A DNA stretch of 63,857 nucleotides, the filler included, from Pelomyxa schiedti (taxonomy: Eukaryota > Protista > Evosea), in assembly GCA_020536535.1 (NCBI GenBank). It is 11 parts of 11 records of this genome, joined end to end, with 100 filler letters (N's around TTAATTAATTAA, not from the genome) between each part and the next. Parts side by side here need not be neighbours in the genome. Positions count along the whole stretch, not along the records: positions 1 to 10,449 come from JAHLWZ010000459.1; positions 10,550 to 26,919 come from JAHLWZ010000037.1; 9 more parts are not named here. The stretch is one strand, 5' to 3'. The translations under genes were made by a program, and so were the position numbers. Of the stretch, positions 1 to 11,195 are shown piece by piece. Under the pieces are notes generated by a model. It was not told the DNA's origin and did no database searches. It saw only the letters and a program-made list of their open reading frames with translations. Within the stretch, counting starts at the first letter, position 1. Each line of letters begins with the position of its first letter.

Positions 1-3000
1 GAGGTCTCCAGTGGCCAGGGATTGCAAGTATTGTGAGTAGCTGTTCTTGACCTCAGTTAAAATCACCGACATCATCGATGCAGCGTCGGACTTGCTGCAC
101 TTCTTCACAAACGACTTTGGGAAGCCTTTTGTACCAGAGTGTGAGCATGAATAGGAAAAAAAAAAATAGAGACAGAGCCCTCACCTCACCTGCACCTCCA
201 GGTGCCGGAGAAGTCATCCACGCAATCAACTCATCGAATGTGTTCTCCTGTGCGTGAGGAAAAGGCGAGAATTCAATCACTGCGAGGAGAATGAAGAACA
301 AGGAAAGCGCCATACCAGGGCAAGGGGAACAAAGATAAACCTCAGTTCGAGTGCCATGAGAGCTGTTCGCCACCTGTCCTCCCACGGAACCTTGTTCTGA
401 TCGTGAACGGGGTGGCTGTCACCCCCTGTGCTCTTTGACCACTTGTGCGGAGGTGCATCCCCAGCCACAACGATGGTGTGGCAACCGGTGCCCCACGAGA
501 ATGCAAGGGCCGAATCCAGTCCCGTGACGATATCCTCTGGGGTGTCCCCGCCACCAGAAGCAGCAACACTGGCGAGGAAATCTTGAACTGCCTTGCTGGG
601 TGAGAAGGGGCACGGCTGTGGGTGCCCTTCGTCACCAATGTCGCGGTATCCAACGAATCCGACGTGCGCCTGTATCGTCGATGCGCTAGCATATCCGGAC
701 TTGGTGCTTGAATCCTGACAATGCTTCTCCACTGCTTGTATGCATGAAACGATATTCTGTTTGCAACTTGAGATATAGCTTCCCATGCCTATTGGAAAAA
801 GGTCTCAGTAGGTGCTGGGTGTGGAGATCNNNNNNNNNNNNNNNNNNNNNNNNNNNNNNNNNNNNNNNNNNNNNNNNNNNNNNNNNNNNNNNNNNNNNNN
901 NNNNNNNNNNNNNNNNNNNNNNNNNNNNNTGAATCCTGACAATGCTTCTCCACTGCTTGTATGCATGAAACGATATTCTGTTTGCAACTTGAGATATAGC
1001 TTCCCATGCCTATTGGAAAAAGGTCTCAGTAGGTGCTGGGTGTGGAGATCATTGAGTGGAAGGCATTCGCATTGATGATAAAAGGAAGAGGGAGAGTGAA
1101 GTGAGGGAAACATACTGCCAGTGGCATCCATCAAGAAAACGACATATTGATCTCTGCTTCCATGTCCAAACCCCGCGATTGAAGAACAATCAATCGAGGT
1201 GAGATGCACAGTGGGTGCGGTATCGTCAAATCCCGAAGTTGATGCCGAGCCGGGGGAGGGGGTGATCGATCTTGAAAAGTACCCACCAGGTGGAGCGGAA
1301 GCTGTGGAGTGGGGTGCAGCGGCAGACCGTGCCCATTCATGATAATATTCCGTGCGGTGTTTCATATTAGTTCTCAGCTTGCAGGTCGGACCATCTCGAC
1401 AAGGAAGCAAGAAATCCCAAAAGCCTGTGTACCTTTAAGTTTACAATAAATAATATTTCACTGTGGAACCTTTATGGAACTTGGCACGTCTATGCTCAGG
1501 ATCATCAAGTTGAGGACAGGGAGATAGCGTGCAAACTGGCTTCTCCATGTGTATGTAGAACTTACAATGCTCTTCCTCGTGCACAAGGTTACAAGCTGAC
1601 CCCCACAAGCACACATGAACAAATTCGGTGCAATGCGGACGCTTTTCAAAATCTAAACAATCTGTTGCTTTGGGACACTTTGGTAGATCACTGGAATCTG
1701 TGCTGCCAAAAAGGAAGTCCAATCCTCTTCTCCACAACGATTTCTGAGGCTTTTCTTCGTCGGCTGGTGTATCACAACCGTCCACGGTGGAAGAAGTTGG
1801 TGGTAAGGGTGACCTCTTGGGTGTAGGAACTGTGGGTGGTGCTTCACCAGGCATGGATCGCTGGGACAACAAAACTTCCAAGTCAGCAATGAGCACTGAA
1901 CCAGTGGAAAGGTGGAGGGAAATGAACTTGAAATTTGTCAAAGGTTCAGCTGAATCAGGGCATTCGAAATTCAAGGAAGTCATGTTAAATCTCCTGGAAG
2001 GCCCCCAGTGTTCCACTGTCACCAGGTTTGCGTTGTAGTCCAGCCGAACGTAATAGTGCACAAACTCAGCACAGTTGATTCCGTTGTTGAAGGCAGCCAT
2101 TTCGGTGTGAGGTGGTGCACCCTCACAAACCGCCGGGAGATCTCTGTACACCTTCAGGGAATCTTCGGAATTTGCTGTTTTTTATGTGGTGTTAGATCTA
2201 GTAAAGGAGTGGACTGTGACACATACTTGGAATGTGGATTGTGATGGCATGCCTGTCTTCACCATGGTGCAAAATGTCCCCTGTGTTTGACAAACACAAG
2301 TTGAAACCTGTTGCTGTTGTGGAATGAGCCTTGAAATACAAATGAGACTTGTGAGACTCGGACGAATGCAGGTTGACGGGAACGAAAGTTTCGTGCGTCG
2401 GGTGTTGTTCAACAACGAAGTAAAATCCTCGTGGCTGAACAATAAGTGGGTGCTCAAAGCGGGAGTCTGTGAATTCGAGAGAGGCTTTCACGACATCGGG
2501 AACGAGTTTGTGGTGGAAGTGTTTCAACATGTCACTCAAGTGTGGTGTCAACGCAACACTTTTCTTGATGAAAATTGTGTCAACGTATCCAAATGGAATG
2601 TAACCGGGCAAATGGGCTTCGGTGACTCCATGAGAGTCAGTCTCCATCCACAAATTCCTCACGTGGTTGACATCTACTTTGTGGGCCTCTATAGTCTGCT
2701 TGGTCGAAACTCTGCAGACCCATTCTTTCGACTCCGCGACAGCCCAATCAAGGGGACCCAAAGCAGTTGACTCCCATGTGTCGGGTTTCACACACGGGTG
2801 GAACTTGGCACGCGTGAATGCAGTCTCCCCTCCTTCTGTCCACCCCTTGCTCTTGCCCATCCAACTCCTTCTGTCCAGGCATATTTTGCCACCACTTGCG
2901 AATGTATACCACCCAGTGGGATAAGCGGTTGCTGCGAGTGGCAACATGTAAAAGTCGGGGTGATGCATGATCTCGCGCCTCAAAACGATGCACACTTGTT

Positions 3001-6000
3001 TGTCGCCGTAGTGGCCTGTGTTTGGTCCCATCGATGCAAAGACAGTGAAGTCGGTTCTTAAACCCTTGTCTTTGGAATAATTGATTCCAGGTGCTTCAGC
3101 AATGCATTTCGCAACAGCATTCACGATGGTGGTGATTGTATCGCTCATTTTCGTGTGTAGAGTGGCATTGCATTTCTTGAGGACTTGAGAGGCTCCAAGT
3201 AACTTCTCTTCGTCTTCAAGAGTCATGATGGGAGTGTGTGAGAACAAGTTCTTTGAGCCCTGAATCTTGGCTGCTTCTTCTGGATCGAGATCTGGAGTTG
3301 TTGATTTGGTTTCTAACAATTGGATACACTTCTCGGAGACGGAAGGTTGAAGAGATCGCACGAGCAGGACACCATATTCACGAGCACATCGATGGAACCC
3401 TTCATTCTGCCCAACGAAATGAGGCCGAACATCGGGGTGGTTGATCACACAGTGAACAACAGACGAAGGATCCTGCCACAGAGACTTGAATTGTTGTGCA
3501 GAGGCGATCAGTTGAATGTCCAGCATCGATGTCAACAAATCGACACTGCACATGTGAACTGGTTGTTGTGCTCGGAACCATCGCACAATATTCTTGAAGT
3601 TCGAGGTGTTTAAAATGGAGTCATCTTTCAAAAGTTTCTTGCAATGTTTCTCCCATCGCCGAATGTTGTCAAAGAATGCAACTCTGATGGGCGTTGTGGA
3701 ATCAGTTCCAACAGCCTCAGGGTTCTCCTTCTGGGCAAACTCAGCAGGGTCGTGCAGCGAAAGATGTCTGGTTGGAGACCAAGGAAGAACCGGAAGTGAA
3801 TGATTTTTCGATCGAAGGTGGGATTCACTGTTGTCAGTGCACCATAAATCCGTGCAGTGAGGTCGAGATATTGGGATTCCAGGGTGTGCCACGGATCCCA
3901 AGTGATCTTCGTGGAGGTTTCGGCAAGCCGGAAGGAACTTGCACTTGACATCGGAATGGAGGAAGTGTTTGGTGTGGCTGGGATCTCCCAGACGGTCACA
4001 GAACACACCCCTCTCACACATGTGAGCGTACAAGCTGTGGTGTTCCTTGTTCGATTTTGGAATGTCGCATGAGTATGGGGTGTGTTCACATGGTCTGTTG
4101 AATGGGTGATAGAATTTGGCGAGGTGACTTCTCTGGTATACATCATTACATAGATACCCAAAAGAGCAGTCTTCAAGAAGATGCCTTGCTTCATTCATGT
4201 GACTTTCATCATGAGCAAGGAATTTCTCACATCGAGACCCGTGCTCGCACTCAGGAACATGCAAGAATTCAGTCATGTGTGCGGTGTTTTCATTGCGTTC
4301 AGTGCAATGCCCCATCTTCGGGCATTGAGGTGGATGCACGAAGTGCAAGCAGTGCTCATCACGCTGTGGGGAAAAGAACTCTGGACATGTTCCACCCAGT
4401 GGGCATTTGACTTGGTGCAGCCACATGTGCTGGTGGATGGCCGACGTGCAGGTGCAGGAAGTCCCATTGAGGCATGGTGGTGGGTGAACAACTGAGGCGA
4501 AGTGTCCAGCGGAGGTGTTCGTGCAACCTCCACCATACCCACAGATGGCTGGACCATCAATATAATCACCTGTGTGGCTGAGAGGGATGAAGCCAGGCTT
4601 TACGACTGGCAGCATGACATATGGGCCAACAGCTTGAGTAATTTGGGCAGCTGGACCAAATTCTGCCTTTTCCCTTCGTGTTGTAACCCCGGTTTCGTCG
4701 AACTTTTTTGCAAAGGCTCTGCACTTGCCATTGGTGGCTGAAGAACCATCACTCTCGAGAATTGCAAAGTACACCCTTGAGAAACAGCCAGCGTATTGTT
4801 GCAAAACCTCCTTGAAGATTGCGGCAACGTGGTCTGCATCACCATCAAATGTGCATGACAGTTTCGAATAGTGTCGGCAACAAAGGGGATATTGTATTAT
4901 CAGAGGTGAGGGAAAAATAGATGAATGGACGTCAAACCTGGTGGGTTGTTGAAGGCACCACAACCAATTGCCCCGAGAACCAGCTGCTTCACGTTGTACA
5001 TGGCTGCAGTGTTCAAGAGCTGTTCGAGCTTGAACCTCGTGATCATCGCCGCACTCGGTGACAGGAACACCTCCCCAGTCCTTGGATCCCTCACGGTGAA
5101 CTTGTTGTCAACATTGTGAAGCGCAGCCGCTGAGATGACATTCACAGTCCAAGGAGTCGTGAGGAACTGGAACCCTGTCAAGGAGGTATCTCTGAACACC
5201 GTGACATCACGAGTGAAGATGGTGCCACATAGTGGCAGTGGGTAACCAATCTGCTTCAGTGCTGGGAACAGTGATGTCCGCATGCACAAGTCTTCCTCTT
5301 GTGCACTTTTCCCATTCTCAAATCCACCCCCGGGTGTCGTGGAGTTTGCCATGTTCAGAACAGCTGTTGGTTTGTTTTATGTGTGAATGAAGAAATCAAT
5401 TATCAATCACACACAGAGAGATAAAGAAGGGTGTGAGAAAGAAGATCACAAGGGGGAAAGGGAAAGGGAAGAAGAAAGAAACCTGTGAGTTCACCAGGAA
5501 ACTGTTGCATGAGCTGCTGTGCGACATGGAGGCAGTCCATGTTCACGATGAACACCTCCGTTGCACTGTTCAGTGCGGGGTGCTGTGGCAACGGTTCCAG
5601 TTTGTAATGTGCCATGCTCAGTGCTTTGGTTGGAGGGTGGAACACTCCACACAGCAACCCTCTGTTGCTGTTCATCTCGTCTTCTTCCTTGGAGCATATC
5701 ATCTCCTCTGCCATCAAAGCTGCAGGTGATCCAGCAGTGGTTCCATCTTCAACAGCCTCGATATTGGCTGCCTTATTATTTTCATCACTCCTTTCCTCGA
5801 TGAGGAAATAGACACCAGGTGAGCTTGGGTTCAAAGCATGCAAGGTGAAACCAGCACTCAATATTTGCAGGTGAACAATTAATTCATCCCTCCACACAGG
5901 TGTGTTGTTGTCAATGCACCTCTGTGCGTATTTGTTGAATGTCTTTCTCCACGTGAATGAGTCCCAAGGTTTGGAGAGAACTGAGAATTCCAAACTTGGA

Positions 6001-9000
6001 GTTGTGTATCGGTTTAAGTTTTCAAACCTGTCGTCGTTGGTGAGAGGCACTCTTTTGATAGACTGGGGAAGAGTTTCATGTCGGTCAGGTATTGGTCTGG
6101 GTTGAACTTCAAAAGAAGGTGGTAAAAGTGTCACTGTGATTTCTCTTTGCTTGCCGGCACAGATGAACAAATTGTCAGTGCTGATCACTGTCACAACGAA
6201 CTCCCCACTGCTGCCATCTGTGGGTGAACAGGAGGAAGATGAAACATCGATGATTGGTTGCCGGGCTTGGAACAGAAACCGGAACAGGTGATTGATCGAA
6301 GGTGCTGTTACACGAACCTAAGTTTTTTTTTGGGTTGATTCTCCAAGTGAGATCAAGAAACCAATGAGTGAGATGAAGATTTGAACCTGTGGGCAGAGTT
6401 CAAGTGCTCCAATGCTGGCAGGAAAGCGCAATGACAGTGCAATTCCCAGGTCTTTTGAGAACGGAAGTGGGAAAGCAAGGAATGTCCTGTTGTTGTCAAT
6501 CACAATGCGGGCATCTCTTGGGTATTCCCTTTGAGACCAGTCAGATGTGAGTATCAGTGAATGACGAAATGGAAGGAACACGGCTCACCCTGTTGTTTCA
6601 AAGACCATTGTCTTGTATCCCGTGATTGCTGCTGTTTCTGGCTTGCATTTTGGTTCAAAGAAGGTCCAAATGTATTCAACTCTCTGGCAGAAGAATTTGG
6701 TTGCCCAGTGTAATGCTTCAGCAGACGGTGACTGTGGCCCAAATGGTAGTTTCTCAAGATGTCTTTTCAGTTCTTGTGCTTTCCTTCCGTCATCCAGAGG
6801 GTTCAGTGAGAACTGGAACGAAGCCATTTTGTGATGTGGCAGGTTTTCAATTGTTCCAAGATGAACAGGTTGCACTGAGAGTGAAAGTGAAAATTTGGGA
6901 GCAATTGCATCAGGTGATATGGTGCACCCTCTTGGGAAAACCACAGTCAGATCAAAACACGCAGGAAGTGGAATCTTTGAGAAAATCACAGCCACAGACT
7001 CACAGAATATCTGAACGATGGTATCGGCAATATTCACATCCACTTGTTTGTCCAGAAGCCACTGCTGCAACCTTGCACCATGTTGCATGAACCGATCCAG
7101 AATCTGGCCCTTCAAGCACTCAAATGATGGTGCCCACACCAGCTGGAGGATGTCGGCACCAGTCCATCTCTGGATTGTCTGAAAGTCTTCACAGCTCTTG
7201 ATTGGAAGTGGTGGCCCATTGCCCCCACCAGTCATGACACAACGGAGGTAAAACTCAAGTCCAACCCATTGCATCACGTGAAGTGCCTTCGCACCTTCTG
7301 CTGCAAGAGTGTTGTGCAACCTCCTGAGTTGCTCGGTTACAAATGGAAGTGGCAATCGACAGGCAGGGTGGATGTTCTTGCTCTCGTTGTTGTAAGCATT
7401 TAGAAGCTCTGACTCTTGCAAAGGTCTCTGGTTCACATCTTTTTATTTTAAAAGGATGATTAAAAGATTATGCAACAAACATACAGGGGAAACACACCAG
7501 AACACTTTATTTGCATAACCTTCAAGTTCTCGTTTGAATCAAACAATTCACTGTGATACATCCTCACAAGATCGTAAACATTGATATCCTCCGGGAGATT
7601 CTTTCCAAGTGCCTGAAAGAACGGTTCCGCAACCCTTCTCATCACAACGTGGAGGGAAACAGTTGCAGCGTTGGTGTGCTCGTTCAGCCTCTGATTCACT
7701 GCTGGAAGGAACGTGTCGATGGCCTCTGTTTGTACCGGGTCGAATCGCTGGAGCTGCGATGTCAGCTCTTGCATCTTCTTGTGTGCGGCTGCCATGAGAG
7801 CCTCGGAACTCGTGAGATCGGTGGTGTGCAAAAAAAAGTCTCTGACAGCGATTGCAACTTGTCCAGCACAGAACGTGGCTGCTTCTTGCCGAAATTTGTT
7901 TGTCTGTGTGTTGAAAAAAAAAAGTCAGGGAACAAACTGCCACGGAGATAGTGATGAAAAGAGAGGGAGTAGATGAAATGGGGGTGTGACACGAACCAAT
8001 GCTTCACTTTCAGCTGTGATCCTGTCCTCCACCTCTCTTTTGAATCTTGCCAAATCCCAGTTTCTTGTTTTCCCCTCGACTGTTGGTCCCTTCATTCCCA
8101 CAACTTCTCCCAATCTGTGCTCAATGGATTTCATTGCAAGTCCAATTGCCACCTGAATTTAAATTTGAGTGAAACGAAAATTAGGAGTCTCACGAAAAGC
8201 AAAGTCCATAAACTGGGTGCAAACAACGGCAAAAATAAAACCTGGACAAAAGAGGGAGCAACAGGAGGTGGTGCAGCAGTCATCACTGCGCTGAAGTGTG
8301 TCTTGACATCAGAAAACACAGCATCAAGAGCCTCCAGTCGCTTTGAGTCACAGTAAAAGTCAACAACCTTGACCATCTGTGGTGTTTCCAGCTTGCCATT
8401 GACACCCTCCAAGACTGTCTGGACGAAGAAAAGAAACGTGCTCCCTGTGACTTCGATGGTGTCTGTTACTTTTTCCCCCCTCTATTCGTTTTTTGGTTTT
8501 TGTTTGTCAATGAGTTAAGTGCACTGGCCATCAGAATCAAAAGGTGAGCAGGAGAAGACAGTACCAGCCTGAGAGGTGAAGTGGTCAATGTTCCAACTCG
8601 CACGAAGATCTGTTTCAACTTTGCAATGAAATCAGCATGTGTTGGAACGTCTGGTCTTCCCTCATATGAGCATGGTGGAAGTGTGAAAAATTTGAATGGT
8701 TTCACACTGTTTGGAAACAATTTTTCGAATTCTGGTGGAAGCTTGGAATCATATTCATTCCCCTCTGTCCAGAATGCATCATCTTAATAATTGGGTTTTA
8801 ACTATTTTGAGGAAGTTGGTGTGAGAGTTACCTTGCTCAAGTGTCCAATTCTGCCCGAAGTTCTGTGCAATGTATGCAAACACAGAGGGGCAGTTCTTCT
8901 TGAAAAGAATGTCACTCTGCCGATTGCTTTTGAAATCAGAAATTGCATCTGCGAGGTCCTGATCAGAAAGAATTGTCAGAGTCAAATAAAAAACGTAAAA

Positions 9001-10026
9001 AAAGATTGTATGTTTGTATTGAACCTTCAAAGTGGTTTGGTCTTGTTCATTCCAAGAGGGAGTTCGACGCAGGAACAAAATTGTGCTGCTCATGAAGAAG
9101 ACCAGGATCCACAACCGTGTGAAATAGTATTGGTCCACATCAGATTTTCGCCGCGAACTCATGGGGTCGACGGCATAGAGTCCTTCAACATCAACCAACA
9201 GAACTGGTATCTCACACCCGGGAATCTGTGTTGTGTGAGGCAACCAAAAATAAATGAACGTCAATACGTTGATCAGACTTGGGAAAAACCAAATGCCAGA
9301 AGTGCAACCAAATTTCAAGTTGTCTGAAAGAGAAGGTGTCATTAAAATGCAGCAAAGCAGTCATGAAAAATATCCCGCGTGTGCTGCACTTTGTTTGTTT
9401 TGGACTTGGGGCTTGCTTACCAGAGGTGACAAACGGATCAGTGTTTGTGCCCTGGAGAATCTGGATTGCGTAATTGAGCAGTGTTGACTTGCCAGTCCTC
9501 GTTGGGCCCAGCACTGACACCGTTGCAAATTTTTTTTCTCTGATTGAATCGAAGAACTGCCTCACAGACTCTGACTGATTGAGCACCAAAGGTGCCCCTG
9601 ATCCGTGTTTGTATGCCCACATCTTATCGTTGAACGACGCTGGGTTCTCCTCCCTGTGAAACTCTGTTGCACCCCCCCCCATAAGTTGGAAGCCAAACAA
9701 AAAAAACAAACAAAGCATAAAACTGGAAAAAAACCCAGAAGTCAAACCAAAGAAGAGCAAGCATATACAGAAACCAAAACTCCCGCACACGCGCACAAGC
9801 ACACAAACACACCCATCGCCTCGAGCACAGGGCCGATGGTGGGCACGTCGCGGTCGTACACGTTCACGAGGCTAGGAAGCACAAGCGGCATCGTGCCGCC
9901 CACAACATCTACGCCCGCGCCGCTATCGGCATCTGTTACGCGAATGGAACCGCTGCCCCCTTCGTTTCCCTGCTGTTGCGGCGCATCGGTGTACACTGCA
10001 CTGGTCGGTGTTGTGGTTGTTGCCAT
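1..10026 (-). CDS. Giant multi-exon gene: GBP/atlastin-type GTPase - unknown region - bacterial-type PARG - 10 PBZ fingers - ART-like domain - beta domain - 4 PBZ fingers - VWA (3' end wraps to 10449-10245)
   Basis: ATG at 10026 (MATTTTPTS). Most exon junctions could be joined in frame with GT-AG introns, e.g. 7497-7439 (CS/DVNQ), CPQ/VRVT, ELT/AVLNM, NPP/DHVAA, HIP/TNSED, DATG/SMGSY. Junctions around 8800-7830 were checked less closely. Confidence 0.85.
320..1150 (-). other. von Willebrand factor A (VWA) domain
   Basis: MIDAS-like VVFLMDATGSM (spliced), VGFVGYRD, GGGDTPEDI, W...IVVAGDAPPH. Confidence 0.88.
1327..1680 (-). repeat. Second cluster of 4 PBZ-like zinc fingers
   Basis: CPKATDCLDFEKRPHCTEFVH, CLWGSACNLVHEEEHCKFYIH, CTLSPCPQLDDPEHRRAKFH, CRDGPTCKLRTNMKHRTEYYH. 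Confidence 0.75.
2560..3570 (-). other. Putative ADP-ribosyltransferase-fold domain (DarT/DUF3626-like)
   Basis: PVHMCSVDLLTSMLDIQLIAS resembles the DarT-type HxTxxxNLxSIL...LLS strand. VFASMGP..HYG..VCIVL and TEAHLPGYIPFGYVDTIFI (candidate catalytic Glu) follow. Motif resemblance only. Confidence 0.5.
3800..4543 (-). repeat. Array of 10 tandem PBZ-like (CCHH) zinc fingers
   Basis: Repeated C-x4-6-C-x6-10-H-x5-H units, e.g. CGYGGGCTNTSAGHFASVVH, CSFGYLCNDVYQRSHLAKFYH, CERGVFCDRLGDPSHTKHFLH. They resemble the PBZ consensus CxY/FGxxC...HxxxF/YxH. Confidence 0.8.
4720..5570 (-). other. Bacterial-type poly(ADP-ribose) glycohydrolase macrodomain (DUF2263/TIGR02452-like)
   Basis: AVLNMANSTTPGGGFENGKSAQEEDLC carries the PARG signature GGG-x6-8-QEE. 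LVLGAIGCGAFNNPP/DHVAAIFKEVL and FSRVYFAI follow. Confidence 0.92.
8600..9560 (-). other. Guanylate-binding protein/atlastin (GB1/RHD3) GTPase domain
   Basis: P-loop VSVLGPTRTGKSTLLN (GPTRTGKS at 9508-9485), G2-like CTSGIWFF, G3-like LLVDVEG, then LVFFMSSTILF and FKFFTLPP. Order and spacing match GBP-family motifs. Confidence 0.85.
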
Positions 10027-10244
10027 TTTGAGGTACTCTGAAGGCAACAACAACCAACCTTGTGTTTACGGGTTTGCACTTCAACGTTGGTTTTGATTAC
10101 CGAGGTCTTCCCAAAGACAAAAAGAAAAGCCTTAGGAGAAAAGTTCCCAGTTGCAACTTGATACTAAAGCTCACTTCGCTGTCTCAACTCTTCCTGGGCT
10201 TCTTATGATCTGGCTCCCGCGGCTTCTCCTCGTTGGGTGTGGAA

Positions 10245-10449
10245 CTACCACGGTTTGGAACGTTTTGTTGAGCCGGGGTGGAAGCTGCTGTGCCTGATTG
10301 TTGGGGGTCTTGGGTAACTGGCCTGTGTGAGGTCTCCAGTGGCCAGGGATTGCAAGTATTGTGAGTAGCTGTTCTTGACCTCAGTTAAAATCACCGACAT
10401 CATCGATGCAGCGTCGGACTTGCTGCACTTCTTCACAAACGACTTTGGG
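10245..10449 (-). CDS. 3' terminal exon of the giant GBP-PARG-VWA gene (same gene via circular join, or the neighbouring tandem copy)
   Basis: 10329-10449 is identical to 1-121. The frame FPKSFVKKCSKSDAASMM... continues to a stop at 10245. Confidence 0.8.
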
Positions 10450-10549
10450 NNNNNNNNNNNNNNNNNNNNNNNNNNNNNNNNNNNNNNNNNNNNTTAATTA
10501 ATTAANNNNNNNNNNNNNNNNNNNNNNNNNNNNNNNNNNNNNNNNNNNN
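10450..10549. other. Artificial contig linker N44-TTAATTAATTAA-N44
   Basis: The same linker (six-frame stops) occurs at 26920-27019, 37716-37815, 38831-38930, 45307-45406, 48039-48138, 51958-52057, 55331-55430, 58477-58576 and 59948-60047. Adjacency across linkers is meaningless. Confidence 0.98.
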
Positions 10550-11096
10550 TGGCCCACTACTTGAATCTCGTTCTGAGCAACAGAGTGGGGGGAAAGAGAG
10601 AGACCAAAGAACCTTTTTTCACTTCTCCCTCAGCGTTTCGGGTGGGCCAAGCAAGAAAAGGTTTTTACGGGAGGTCACTTCCTGGGACTTGAGGCAGTTG
10701 CGAAGGCGAAGAAACGAAAAACCCAAAACATCAAATTCGCTGTGATCGGCACTTCCGAGAAGGTCAGTTAACGGGGAACCCAATTCGCTCTCTGGTCCAG
10801 TGAAAAGCGAAAACCGTTGTACAACCCTGGAAAGTGACCAAAAAATTCAAAACAAACAAACTAAAACGCACAACTACACACAAACAAACAAACACCACAC
10901 ACAGACACCTGGACAATGAGGGGGAACAACAAGGTGCAGCCGATGTCGTCAGTCTCCCCGGCGTCGGCGTTGTCAGACGCGTCGACCAGCAACCACACGA
11001 TGTCCTCGGCCTCGTGCGGCTCCGACGCCGAGGCTGCGATGGGTGCAAGCTCCGAGATAATGGCTGATTTTCTGCGGAGCAGAAGAAGGTGCGTTC
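10550..11096 (+). repeat. Near-identical second version of 12480-12975 (promoter and first exon of the cyclase gene), likely an allelic bubble
   Basis: Same sequence with small indels (extra ~31 bp near 10671; MRGNNK vs MRGNK), placed at the scaffold start before an N gap. Confidence 0.75.
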
Positions 11097-11195
11097 NNNN
11101 NNNNNNNNNNNNNNNNNNNNNNNNNNNNNNNNNNNNNNNNNNNNNNNNNNNNNNNNNNNNNNNNNNNNNNNNNNNNNNNNNNNNNNNNNNNNNNN

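Noticed and set aside
709-1050. Direct repeat 709-829 / 930-1050 that appears to duplicate a VWA exon
   Set aside because: It is exactly 121 bp either side of a 100-N gap, i.e. an assembler overlap artefact. The same pattern occurs at the gaps 12380-12479, 20424-20523, 31363-31462 and 56935-57034.
9327-9421. Second G2-like motif (TKCSTRGIFF) read through intron 2 of the GBP domain
   Set aside because: Retention leads to a stop at 9212, and the spliced form (CTSGIWFF) fits GBPs better. Probably chance, though alternative splicing is not excluded.
10494-10505. Recurrent palindromic TTAATTAATTAA motif
   Set aside because: Synthetic six-frame-stop linker inside N runs; not biological.
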